From an uncultured Paraburkholderia sp. (GTDB lineage Bacteria > Pseudomonadota > Gammaproteobacteria > Burkholderiales > Burkholderiaceae): a stretch of 64,000 nucleotides of DNA. Shown here one piece after another: positions 1-10,823 of this stretch. The notes under the pieces were generated by a model. The model searched no databases and was not told the origin of the DNA. It saw nothing but the letters and a program-made list of their open reading frames with translations. Every line of letters begins with the position of its first letter. The first letter of the stretch is position 1. The DNA lies in assembly GCA_940746715.1 (NCBI GenBank), contig CALNWN010000006.1:210922-274921 (forward strand). Reading direction: 5' to 3'. The position numbers were made by a program, and so were the translations under genes.

Positions 1-558
1 CCTGGATCACGTGTTTCGCGAATGCACTTCGCCCCGAATGAGAACGCGATCAGTGCGACGACGGTGACGCTCCAGAACACAGAGCGCCAGCCGAAGCGCG
101 CGATCAGCGCGCCAGCGACGATCGGTCCGAACGCCAAACCGACACCGAAGGTCGTGCCCAGCATGCTGAAGGCACGGGTACGGGCTGTGCCGTCGAACTC
201 CTGCGCGAGCGCGGCGGCGCCCGCAGATAGCGCCGCTGCGCTCGCCACGCCTTGCAGCGCGCGTCGCAATGATTGACGAAAGCGCGAAGCCGAGGGTGCC
301 GCAGAGAAACACTCGTTTGCGTCCGAAGTGGTCAGCACACGTCCCGGCAAAGAGCAAGCAACTGCCGAAGGCTAGCATGAAGACATTGGTGACCCAGTTC
401 ATCGCGAGCGGCGACCCGCCCAAGGAGCGAGCGATTGCTGGCAATGCGAGGGCGGGGCCCGTGAAACTGACGGGCATCGATAGCCCGGCAAGGCAGACGG
501 CCGCCAAAATCAATATTCTCTCAGTTGCACTATTTGTTTCCATAGCTGGGTTGCGCAT
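1..558 (-). pseudogene. MFS drug-efflux-type transporter, frameshifted; runs off window start
   Basis: Hydrophobic N-terminus ILILAAVCLAGLSMPVSFTGPALALP and MFS motif ADHFGRKRVFL; frame is lost near 270, and MFS-like text (GTTFGVGLAFGPIV) continues in another frame. Confidence 0.8.
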
Positions 559-727
559 TCTCAAATCCTCGAACGAAGTTTTCGTTTCACCGCAGCTCGC
601 AGCGGATGTGCACGAGGGCTCGCAGCGAGCGACGGGGCCGGAGGGCATATTAAAAGCAGAGCGATTGTGTTTAAATGAGCCAGCATTCCGCTCTCTCGGG
701 ACAAACATTCCCTAATCAGCCATCTTT

Positions 728-1618
728 ATGGAATCGCTCAGTGGACTCGTCGCCTTCGTCCGTGCCGCGGAGATCCGCAGTTTCGTCACCGCTGCACGTG
801 CGCTCGGAATCTCCGCGTCAGCCGTCGGTAAAAGCGTTGCGAGGCTCGAAGGAACTCTTGGTGTGCGACTTTTTCATCGAAGCACGCGCCAAATTAGCCT
901 GACAGAAGAGGGTCTAGTTTTTTTCGAGCGATGCCGCGATGCACTCCAGGAAATTCAAGATGCGGAGGCGCAATTATCGAAAGCGACTATCGCGCCGCGC
1001 GGCCGTTTGCGAGTGAGCATGCCGGCGATCGGCTATCGCTTGCTGCTGCCGATCATTCCGCAATTTCGCTCCCTCTATCCGGAAGTCGAACTGGATTTGG
1101 ACTTTAGCGATCGATTTGTCGATGTCATCGAAGAAGGGTTCGATGTCGTGATTCGCGGTGGCGAACTGGCCGATTAGCGGTTGAAAGCCAGGCACCTTGG
1201 GCCATACCGGTTTGTCGTGTGCGCATCGCCCGAATACTTCGCGAGGCATGGCGTGCCTTTGCACGCTAGCGATCTTGTCGATCATGTTTGCCTACGCTTC
1301 AAGTACCAATCGAGCGGCAAGTTGCAGGAATGGCTGATCGACGGCGTCTCGCCCTTTCACGGGGCGGGCGCGACAACTCCGCTCGTTCTAAATAATGCTG
1401 AAGCTGTTCTCTCGGCGGCGATCCAAGGACTAGGAATCGCCTATGTGCCAGACTTCGCCGCGCGCGACGCGTTGATGGGGGGAAAGTTGCGCATGGTGTT
1501 GGAATCGTCGACGACCGTGGAAGGTGTGTTCCGCGCGCTCTGGCCGACGAATAGGCACATGCTGCCGAAGCTGCGGGTATTTGTCGATTACCTCGCCGAA
1601 CGCTTGCATGCTACGTAG
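728..1618 (+). pseudogene. LysR-type regulator (CrgA/DmlR-like) with in-frame TAG at 1175-1177
   Basis: HTH (SFVTAARALGISASAVGKSVARLE) and substrate-binding domain lie in the same frame either side of GAT TAG CGG TTG; divergent from the MFS gene. Confidence 0.9.
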
Positions 1619-1865
1619 GCGTCGTCGCGCCTGCCCGGCATCCCGCGGAGGTGATGAGCTCGATGGGCCAATGACGGCATACCATCCCTAATCGCGCGTT
1701 GCCGCGTGCCGACAGGGCATGCTGTTTTGATAACCGACGAACGCTTCGGTTTGTCGTTCTACCTTTCCGTATCAAACTCTGCCAGAGCACTTGCGCAATT
1801 TGCGCCGAGTGCAAACGGGGATCAGATTTGTGCTATCCCGCGGCACAACGACGCTGCGTGACCAT

Positions 1866-2031
1866 CGATCCATCGACCTCGGCAGCGTCATCGCGACGCA
1901 GATCGAGGACCCCGTCGCGCAGATCGACGGCGTCGGCGACGTCACGCTGTTCGGCGCCCGGCATGCCCTGCGCATCTGGCTCGATCCGGTGAAATTGCAG
2001 GCTGTCGGGCTCACGACGAGCGACGTCACCA
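1866..2031 (+). pseudogene. Internal fragment of an RND efflux inner-membrane subunit (AcrB-like)
   Basis: IEDPVAQIDGVGDVTLFGARHALRIWLDPVKL matches the AcrB periplasmic GVGDVQLFG..MRIWLDP motif; no start or end. Confidence 0.8.
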
Positions 2032-2066
2032 CCACAGCGACCACAGCGACCACAGCAGCGACCGCA
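2031..2066 (+). repeat. 9-bp tandem repeat ACCACAGCG x2, ACCACAGCA, GCGACCGCA at the acrB/oprM junction
   Basis: Read directly from the sequence. Confidence 0.85.
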
Positions 2067-3277
2067 AACACCCCTCGCTCGCTGCGGGCACCGCCCGGCG
2101 CAGCTTCCTTCGCGACGAACGTCTGCAGCGTCTGATCCAGATCGCGCTGGTCAACAATCGCGACTTGCGCGTGACGGCACTGAACGTAGCGGAATACGAG
2201 GCGCAATACCGCATTACACGCGCGTCGCTCGTGCGGTCCATCACGGCAAGCGGCAGCATGACCCGCGAACGGAAGCAAGGTACGGTTGCGAGTTTCGGCG
2301 ATATCAGCGTCGGCACGACGTCGTGGGAAATCGACTTCTTCGGACGCCTGCGCAGCCTGAAGCGCCAGGCACTGGAGAACTATCTTGCAACGGATGCATC
2401 GCGGCAAAGCACGCAAATCAGCCTCATCGCAACGGTCGCGACGGACTACCTGACCTTGCTCACCGACGAGCGCCTCCTGCAATTGACCGAAGACACGGTG
2501 AAGTCGGACCAGTCCACTTACGACGTGACGAAACGGGTCCAGGAACTCGGCAATGCATCACTGCTCGACGTGCGACAGGCGCAGAACTCGCTCGCGAGTG
2601 CCAAGGCCAGCCTAGCTTCATACCGGCGCGCCGTCGCGCAGGATCGCAACAATCTGACCGCCGTACTTGGCGCGCCGATTCCCGACGACCTGCCGCCCGC
2701 GCGCGCTTTCGACGACGCGCAGATGTTTGCGGACATCGGTGCAGGCGTACCGTCGCTGCTGCTCATCCGTCGTCCGGATATCGTGCAGGCCGAGCATGCG
2801 TTGAAGGCGGCCAACGCCAACATCGGCGCGGCGCGCGGCATTTTTTCCGAAGATCGAATTGACGGCCACCGCGGGCACCTCGAGTTCGACGCTGTCGAAT
2901 CTCTTCAAGGCAGGCACCGGCGCATGGGCGTTCGCGCCGAGCGTATCAGTGCGCACCTTCGATTACGGGAGCAACAAGGCATCGCTCGACATCGCGAAGA
3001 TCGAGAAGCAGATCAAGGTTGCAGACTACGAAAGCGACATTCAGACAGCGTTCAAGGAAGTCCCGAATGCGTTGACGGCGCGCGCCACTTGTGTGGACCA
3101 GGTGCAGGCGGATCGCGAATACCTGGGTCGGCGCAAAACTATTACACGCTCGCCGAGGCACGCTACAAGGCGGGCACGGACAGCTTCCTCACCTTGCTCG
3201 ATGCGCGGCGCACGCTCTCCGCGCAACAGCAACAATTCGGGAACCACGGTGCGCTGACGCGCACTGCATCGTGCTGA
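2040..3277 (+). pseudogene. Efflux outer-membrane factor (OprM/NodT family), lacking lipoprotein N-terminus, frameshifted and truncated
   Basis: RDERLQRLIQIALVNNRDLRV, SWEIDFFGRLRSL, RRPDIVQAEHALKAANANIGAAR motifs; frame shifts near 2845 and 3130. Confidence 0.9.
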
Positions 3278-3720
3278 TTCGTTGAACGCATGATCGATCG
3301 CTGCACGCGAGAAAGACGAGTGTCGGCTGGCGACAGCGCCAGGACGACGAACCCTCAATCAACGGCGTAGCCGCGAAAAGCTTGAGAAGTTTATTTGCGG
3401 CTTTGAACGTGGACGAAGACGTGTAGTCATCGCTTCGTAAAACGCGTCGGGAATACCCAGCAGTGCTGCAAGCGCTATTCAATACCTAGGTCCGCCAGAT
3501 GCACAAGCGAAAGCAAGTCTTGCTGGTGGCATTAGCGCAGGAAAGGTGAGGAGATTCGGGAGCTCGTGTGGCGACGTGACGATCCGTGAGCGACAGGAAG
3601 GGACGTGCCTCACCTGTCACGTTCATCGTTCATGCAAAATCCCCGCGCGAACGCCTCTTACCTGGGTATGCAGATCATTCGCGCGTTTTGAAAGGTGAGA
3701 CTTTTCGGGAGCCGTGAAAA

Positions 3721-4478
3721 TCACACCGGCTTTGCAATCTCACGAATGTCGGCCACAGGCGTCGTACCAAAGGCATCGCTGAATGCGTAGTCGAGCAATT
3801 GAGTGGCGGATTGCTCAGGCGTTGCAAGCTGGCCGTTGCGCTTCAGGTCTTCGAACTTCTCGCGCATCGGAAACTGCTCGACGCCGGTGCCGCGAATCTC
3901 CGCCTGCATGTTCGTATCGATGACGCCGGCGCGAGGCTGCAAATACGCAGCGCGCGAGCGGCGTCGAGTGCGACGGCGCGCGCGTGATGATCCAGCGCGG
4001 CCTTGGTCGCGCAGTAGATGCTCCAGCCGGCGTACGCATTGCGCGCCGCGCCACTCGAAATATGCATGATGCGCCGGTCGCTCACATCCGGGCTGGCTGC
4101 GGCGAGCGCGCTTGCGAGCATCAGCGGCGTGGCGACGTTCAGGCTCACCGCGGTCGCAATGGCCGTGGCGTCTTGGCCTTCGATAGCGCCCATCGGCTGC
4201 ACCATGCCCGCGTTGTTGATCAGCAGGACAGTGCGTGCGCCGCTCACGAATGCACGCAGCGCGTCCGTCGCTACCCATTGTGCAACGCGCGCGGTGTCGG
4301 CGAGTTCGAGTTCGATTTCTTCGAGCAGCGCAGGAAAGCGCTGTTTCAGCGATGCGTGACGCGAGCACGACAGACCGAGCACGGCGACATCGCGTGCAAG
4401 CAGTTGCTCGGCGAGCGCCGCGCCGAGGCCGCGCGTGTGGCCCGTGACGATGGCGCGAATCGGGGAAGAGGAGTTCAT
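3721..4478 (-). pseudogene. Short-chain dehydrogenase (YueD/benzil-reductase-like), frameshift near 3930
   Basis: IVTGHTRGLG, LINNAG, YCATK motifs; C-terminal GVIDTNMQ continues in another frame. Confidence 0.85.
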
Positions 4479-4562
4479 GTCGTTCCTTGAGCGTTGGCTG
4501 AGGCAGGCCGTTATCTTCTCACGCATGTTTGAGACGCGCAGCGGTGCAGTTCACATGCGCTT

Positions 4563-5519
4563 TCAGCTCGCGCGAAAGCGCTCGCGGTACTGCATCGGCG
4601 TCACGCCAATTCGCTTGACGAAGACAATCCGCATGCGGTCCGCGGTGCCGAAACCGCAATCGTAGGCAATCGCCTTGAGCGCTGCGCTGGTGCTTTCCAG
4701 CAGCTTGCGCGCCACGTCCACGCGTGCGCGCTCGACAAATTCGTGCGGCGTCACGCCGGTTTCCTGCACGAACACGCGCGCGAAATGGCGCGCGCTCATG
4801 CTGGCGACATCGGCAAGCTCCTTCACCGTAAAGCTTTCATGGATGCGTTCCATCACGTGCGCCTGCACTTTCACCACCGGTGACGTTTCGTCGGCGGGCG
4901 CGGTGAGATACGGACTGAACTGCGACTGGCCGCCCTGGCGCTGCGCAAACACGACGAGGCGCTTCGCCACCGCGAGCGCAATATGCGCACCGTGATCTTC
5001 CGCGACGAGCGCGAGCGACAGGTCGATGCCCGCCGTCACGCCCGCCGAAGTCACCAGCTGCCCGTCGCGCAGATAGATGCGGTCATAGTCGACGTGCGCC
5101 TTCGGAAACTGCGCGGCGAGCTGCGCCGCGTGCTGCCAGTGCGTCGTGACGTGGCGTCCATCGAGCAAACCGGCGTGGCCGAGCGCGAAGGCGCCCGTGC
5201 AGATGGAACCGTAGCGGCCGCATTGCAGCGCGACTTTTATCAACCAGTCGAGCAGCGGCGCAGCGGGCGGCTCGCCTTCGGGCAGAGCGCCCGCCACCAG
5301 CGCGAGGTCGAAGGGTTCGCGAGCGCGCGCGAAGAGGTCGTCGGCGACAAGCGTGATGCCGTTGGACGCGCGCAGCGGCGCGTGGTCCGCACTCAGCAGC
5401 GTGACTTCGTAACGCGCGCCCGGCGAGACAAAGCGGTTAGCTTCGGAGAAGACGTCGACGGGTCCCGCGACGTCGAGCGCCTGCACGCCAGGAAAGATCG
5501 CGATCGCAACGGTGGGCAT
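4563..5519 (-). CDS. GlxA/FtrA-family AraC regulator (DJ-1/PfpI domain plus HTH), intact
   Basis: GSICTGAF, VTSAGVTAGIDL, RQGGQSQFS and C-terminal AraC HTH; 318 aa uninterrupted. Confidence 0.92.
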   Translation of the reverse strand: MPTVAIAIFPGVQALDVAGPVDVFSEANRFVSPGARYEVTLLSADHAPLRASNGITLVADDLFARAREPFDLALVAGALPEGEPPAAPLLDWLIKVALQCGRYGSICTGAFALGHAGLLDGRHVTTHWQHAAQLAAQFPKAHVDYDRIYLRDGQLVTSAGVTAGIDLSLALVAEDHGAHIALAVAKRLVVFAQRQGGQSQFSPYLTAPADETSPVVKVQAHVMERIHESFTVKELADVASMSARHFARVFVQETGVTPHEFVERARVDVARKLLESTSAALKAIAYDCGFGTADRMRIVFVKRIGVTPMQYRERFRAS

Positions 5520-5673
5520 CGAATGATTCCTTTCTCCATGAGCGAGCCGCGCAAGCCACGGCAGTCAACGCGGTGCGATTGGCAGTGTTCGACGGCTTCC
5601 CGCGATTGTCGCGGCCAGCGCGCTGGCCAATACTGGACTTCATCGGACGCGCCGCATTCACTGCATAAGCCGT

Positions 5674-6759
5674 ATGAAAAACGCGGTGGTCCAGCATACC
5701 AAACGCGCTTTTCCGCTGCACGCGGGCACGTCGCTCTGGTGGTATCTGCAGTCGCGCAACAAGAAGTCGGTTTGCGTGAACCTGAAATCGCCGGAGGGTG
5801 TCGAGATCGTGAAGCGGCTGGCTGCCGAAGCCGACGTCGTGATCGAAAACCTGCGGCCCGGCGCGCTCGAAAAGCTGGGCATCGGCTGGGACGTGCTGCA
5901 TGCGACCAACCCGAAACTGACGATGGTCCGCATTTCCGGCTATGGGCAGTCCGGTCCGTACCGCGACCGGCCTGGCTTCGGCGCGATCGGCGAAGCCATG
6001 GGCGGCATCCGCTATACGACGGGCGAAGTGGACGGAGCGCCCGCGCGTGTGGGCGTGAGTCTTGGCGATTCGCTTGCTTCGCTGCACGGCGTGATCGGCG
6101 CGCTGATGTCTTTGCTGCGGGTAAAAACGGGCCAAGGCGAGGGTCAGGTAGTGGACGTGTCGCTCGTTGAAAGCGTCTTCAATCTGATGGAAAGCCTCGT
6201 GCCGGAATACGACCTGCTCGGCCATGTGCGCGAGCGCAGCGGCGGCGCACTGCCGGGCATCGCGCCCTCGAACACCTATCCCACTGAAGACGACGGCTAT
6301 GTCGTGATAGCGGGCAACAGCGATCCGATTTTCCGGCGCCTCATGCAAGTGATAGGCCGCCCCGATCTCGCGGACGATCCCGCGCTCGCGCACAACGACG
6401 GCCGCGTGCGCCACTGCGCGATGCTCGACGACGCCATCGCCGCATGGACCTCACACCATTCGACGCAAGACGTGCTGGCCGCGCTCGAACGCGCCGACGT
6501 GCCGGCGGGGCGCATCTATTCTGTCGCGGACATCGTCGCCGATCCGCACTACCAGGCGCGCGACATGTTGTTGCAGGCGCAACTACCGGGCGGCGCCTCC
6601 GTGAAGATGCCGGGCATCGTGCCGAAGCTGTCTGACACGCCGGGCGAGGTTCGCTGGCAAGGCCCGGCGCTTGGCGAACATACCGGTAGCGTGCTGAGCG
6701 AACTCGGCTTTGCGAGTGAAGAGATCGAGCGGCTGCGTCGCGAAGGAGCCGTGCAATGA
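5674..6759 (+). pseudogene. CaiB/BaiF family III CoA-transferase, N-terminal segment apparently lost
   Basis: SRNKKSV, ENLRPG, ISGYGQSGPY motifs; the usual N-terminal GIRVLEL..IAGP..GADVIKIE segment is absent. Confidence 0.75.
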
Positions 6760-7721
6760 GTCCTGCCAACAACCTTGCATCGCCCGTGGTGTCTGCCGAC
6801 AAATTGATCGTTCAGGAAGTCGCGCCGCGCGACGGCTTGCAGATCGAACCCACGTGGGTCGAGACGGCTGACAAGATCTAGTTGATCAACGGTCTTTCGA
6901 CGGCGGGCTTCACGCGCATCGAGGCCAGCTCGTTCGTGTCGCCAAAAGCGATTCCCGCGCTGCGTGACGGCGAGGCTGTGTTCCAGCAGATCGAGCGGCG
7001 TGCGGGCGTGATCTATGTGGCGTTGGTGCCGAACCTCAAGGGCGCCGAGCGCGCGCTTGCCGCGAAGGCGGACGAGCTGAATCTCGTGATGTCGGCGAGT
7101 CAGACGCACAATCGCGCGAATATGCGCATGAGTTGCGAATCGTCGCTGGCGGCGTTCGGCGACATTGTGCGCCGCGTGAAGGGTTCGGGCGCGCTGTTGA
7201 ATGCATCGGTGGCGACGGCGTTCGGCTGCCCATTCGAAGGCGCGATTGACGAGGACCGCGTGATCGGCATTGTCGACGCGTATCGCGAGATGGGCATCCA
7301 GGGCATCACGCTCGCCGACACCACCGGCATGGCGAATCCGCGCCAGGTCACGCGGCTTGTCGGGCGCGTGCTGCAACGCGTGCCGTCCGCGGCGCTCACG
7401 CTGCACTTTCACAATACGCGCGGACTCGGTCTCGCCAACGTGCTCGCCGCGTATGAAGCCGGCGCGCGACGTTTCGATGCGGCGCTAGGCGGTCTCGGCG
7501 GTTGCCCTTTCGCGCCGGGTGCGTCGGGCAACATCTGCACGGAAGACCTCGTCAATCTGTGCGACGAAGTGGGCATTCCCACGGACATCGATCTCGAGAA
7601 GCTGCTCGCGCTGTCGCGTGCGCTGCCGGCCTTGCTCGGCCACGACGTGCCCGGGCAGGTCGCGAAGGCCGGGCGCAATCGCGACCTGCATCCCGTGCCG
7701 GACTACGTGCTGCAAATCTGA
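6756..7721 (+). pseudogene. HMG-CoA lyase-family enzyme with in-frame TAG at 6879-6881
   Basis: QEVAPRDGLQ before the stop; LHFHNTRGLG and GGCPFAPGASGNI after it, same frame; ATG overlaps the CoA-transferase stop. Confidence 0.9.
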
Positions 7722-7780
7722 CTTTCCCTCATCCACTAAACGACCGGACGGCACGGCCGAATCCGGCATTGGAGACGAAC

Positions 7781-9109
7781 ATGAGTGACCTCGGCGCAAT
7801 TGCAACCGATGGCTGCGAACAGAGCGCGGACGGCGCGGCGGCCATCATCCGCAAAGTGGCATGGCGGCTGATGCCGCTCATCATGATCTGCTATCTCTTC
7901 GCGTTTTTTGACCGCATCAACATCAGCTTCGCGAAGTTCCAGCTGCAAAGCGATCTGGGTTTGTCCGACACCGCCTATGGTCTCGGCGCCAGTCTGTTCG
8001 TGATCGGTTACGTTTTGTTCGAAGTGCCAAGCAATCTGTTCCTCTACAAGGTCGGGGCGCGGCGCTGGATCGCGCGCATCATGATTTCGTGGGGCCTCGC
8101 GACGGCGGCGATGGTGTTCGTCAACAACGAATGGCAGTTCTACGGCTTGCGCTTCGTGATCGGCGCGATGGAGGCGGGCTTCGCACCGGGCGTGCTGTAC
8201 TACCTCACGCTGTGGTTTCCGCCGAGCTATCGCGGACGCATCACGTCGATGCTGTTTCTCGCGTCGGCTTTTTCTGGGCTGGTCGGGGCGCCGCTTGCGG
8301 GGCTCGTCATCGACCATATGAACGGCGTGCTCGGCATGCCGGGATGGCACTGGCTGTTCCTGTTCGGCGGCCTGCCGTGCGTGCTGCTCGGTTATCTCGT
8401 GCTGAAGCTGCTGAAAGACCGCATCGACGACGCTCACTGGCTCTCGTCCGCCGAGAAGTCGTTTCTGGCCGAGCAGATCGCGCAGCAGAGCCGTCATCCG
8501 CAGACCGGGCATTCGTTCCTCGGGGCGATCAGGACGCCGGGCTTTCTCACGCTGGGGCTCGTCTACTTTCTGATTCAGGTGGCGTCGTATGGATTGAATT
8601 TCTGGGCGCCGCATCTGATCCGCGTGGCGGGCACGCATAATCCGACGCTCATCGGCTTGCTGACGGCCGTGCCCTATGTGTGCGGCGCGATCTGCATGGT
8701 GGTGGGACGCTTGTCGGATGCAAGCGGCGAGCGGCGCAAGTTCGTGTTCGGCTTGCTGGTGATGTCGGCGATCGGATTCTTTGCGGCAGGTTTCTTCGAT
8801 AAGCAGACGGGGTTTCTGATCGGCGCATTGGCGGTAATGGGCGCGGGCGTGGTCGCGTCGATTCCGGCATTCTGGGCATTGTCGCCGAAGCTGGTTACCG
8901 GCGCGGGGGCGGCGGGCGGCATCGCGTTGATCAATACGCTGGGGCAGCTCGGCGGGATAGTGAGTCCGATCATGGTCGGGCGGGTCAGAGATCTGACGGG
9001 AAGCACCACGCCTGCGTTGTATGTGATCGGCGCGATGAGTTTGATTTGTGCGGTGATTGTGTTGTGGGGGTTGCCGGAGTCGCTTAGGGCGAGGGATGGC
9101 GTGCGGTAG
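7781..9109 (+). CDS. MFS anion:cation symporter (ACS family, TtuB/NicT-like), apparently intact
   Basis: RKVAWRLMP, DRINISFA, FEVPSN, GARRWIARIMISWG, EAGFAPG motifs; about 442 aa. Confidence 0.9.
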   Translation: MSDLGAIATDGCEQSADGAAAIIRKVAWRLMPLIMICYLFAFFDRINISFAKFQLQSDLGLSDTAYGLGASLFVIGYVLFEVPSNLFLYKVGARRWIARIMISWGLATAAMVFVNNEWQFYGLRFVIGAMEAGFAPGVLYYLTLWFPPSYRGRITSMLFLASAFSGLVGAPLAGLVIDHMNGVLGMPGWHWLFLFGGLPCVLLGYLVLKLLKDRIDDAHWLSSAEKSFLAEQIAQQSRHPQTGHSFLGAIRTPGFLTLGLVYFLIQVASYGLNFWAPHLIRVAGTHNPTLIGLLTAVPYVCGAICMVVGRLSDASGERRKFVFGLLVMSAIGFFAAGFFDKQTGFLIGALAVMGAGVVASIPAFWALSPKLVTGAGAAGGIALINTLGQLGGIVSPIMVGRVRDLTGSTTPALYVIGAMSLICAVIVLWGLPESLRARDGVR

Positions 9110-9275
9110 GGTTCGAGGCGCAGCGCGGGTTTTTATGTGCGGGGGCAGGGATGCTCATGAGGCAAAGTGTCATGAAGTACGAGGCGGATTTGGACGCCTG
9201 TAGACTGACGGCTAAACCTCGCGGCGAGCGAAATCATGCGCTGTGCAAGGAGAACGCCTTTGATCGATACCAGCA

Positions 9276-9560
9276 ATGCAGGGGATATTAATGGTTAATC
9301 ACCCACCGTACACCGTCGTGCTGACCTATACCGACGAACCGCGGCAATTGACGATGCAAGCCGTGGACTCGGTTCTAGTGGCTCCGCTCATTGAGGGAAA
9401 GATGGGAGTGCCGTTTTTCCTTGATGACGAGGAATTCAGGTTTGGCGATGAACTGGCACGGCAACTGGGAGTTGCAATGCTGAATGTTATCGCGGCAGGT
9501 CGGCCGGAAGTTAGACAGCACCTGAATTTGACTCAGCATCCGATAGAAAGGCGGTCCTAG
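9276..9560 (+). CDS. Hypothetical protein, lower GC than flanks
   Basis: 94-aa ORF with protein-like composition; no recognisable family. Confidence 0.5.
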   Translation: MQGILMVNHPPYTVVLTYTDEPRQLTMQAVDSVLVAPLIEGKMGVPFFLDDEEFRFGDELARQLGVAMLNVIAAGRPEVRQHLNLTQHPIERRS

Positions 9561-9618
9561 GGGACCGATATAAACGCAAGCGTTGCTCTCTTCCGCACCG
9601 GCAGGAGATTGATCCATA

Positions 9619-9870
9619 GCGTCAAACACTTGGCGTATATGTGCGCACGTTGTCCACAGCCCTTTCAACAAATTGTGTGGACAACTGCACGTCGCTGAGC
9701 AGCGCGAGCGTGACCGCGACCGCAAACGATGCCCGCGCGCGGGACGAACTATCGCTATCGCTCGCACTGCCCATACATCGACCGCACGCCGATTCCGCCA
9801 TCGCGTCAATCACTTGGCCGGGCTATGCGAACGTTGTCCACAGCCTTGCCAACATTTTGCGTGGACAACT
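9619..9870. repeat. Two imperfect ~68-bp direct repeats (184-bp period), each with inverted GTTGTCCAC / GTGGACAAC boxes
   Basis: Copies at 9619-9686 and 9803-9870, aligned by eye. Confidence 0.85.
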
Positions 9871-9932
9871 TTGCGGTTTTTCGCGCCCACGCATGAGCCG
9901 CAGCCACGCATAAGGCACGAGGTACATAAACC

Positions 9933-10662
9933 TCAAGCCTTCAACCCCGACCCCGCCGCCGCATCTTCGCGCGACTGCACCTGCAACACCGCATCGCGCT
10001 TATCGAGCAGATGTTGCCGAAGAATTGCGCTGAGCTTCTTGCCGTCGCGCGCCTCAAGCGCCTTCAGCATCTCGTCATGATCGTGAATCGCGCGATCCCA
10101 CTTCGGAATCTGAAAGTTCGAGCGGAAACGCAGCGCCTGCAAACGCCGGTTCACCGAGACATAAGTCTGCCGCAGCGCCGAATTCCGCGCGGCTTCGTTG
10201 ATCCTGTCGTGAATTGCCTGATTGCGGCTGTAGTACCCGGCCAGATCGTTTTGCGCGCGGCACGCGAGCATGGCGTAATGCAACGCCTTGATCTCGGCGA
10301 GTTCGGCCGCCGTCATTCGTTCGGCCGCGAGTTCACCGGAGAAGGCCTCGAGGCCGCTCATCAGTTCGAATGTCTCGCGCAACTCGGCTTCCGACATTTT
10401 CGACACCGACGCGCCGCGATTCGGCCAAATGTCGATCAGCCGCTTCAGCGGCGAGTACCTTGAGCGCCTCGCGCAACGGCGTACGTGAAATGCCGAGCGT
10501 TTCGCACAACTCGCGCTCATTCAGTTTCTTGCCCGGTTCAAGCACGCCTTCGACGATAAACCGGCGAATGTGCTCGACCACCGTGTCATGCAAGCGCTGC
10601 CGCTCCATCTTCGGCAACTGCGCCGCGCCGAGCGAGCTGCCCTCAAGCTCCGAATTTTGCAT
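9933..10662 (-). pseudogene. GntR/FadR-family regulator (FCD domain), frameshift near 10450
   Basis: LNERELCETLGISRTPLREALKVL HTH; the FCD portion is in another frame. Confidence 0.9.
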
Positions 10663-10823
10663 ACAAACTTCCTCAATGCCCGTTTCGGCCAATTTTATCG
10701 GATCGCCGCGACGAAGGGTAGGACGCGGGTAAACACTGGTGCGCAAAGGCAATTTTCAACTTTCGTCGACGCAAGTTCGTCTGATATAGTTTTTTGCATG
10801 CAAAATTCAATCGGAGGAGCACA

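Noticed and set aside
9619-9870. CRISPR array interpretation of the repeat pair
   Set aside because: Only two imperfect ~68-bp copies with a ~116-bp spacer, and no cas genes; the geometry does not fit CRISPR.
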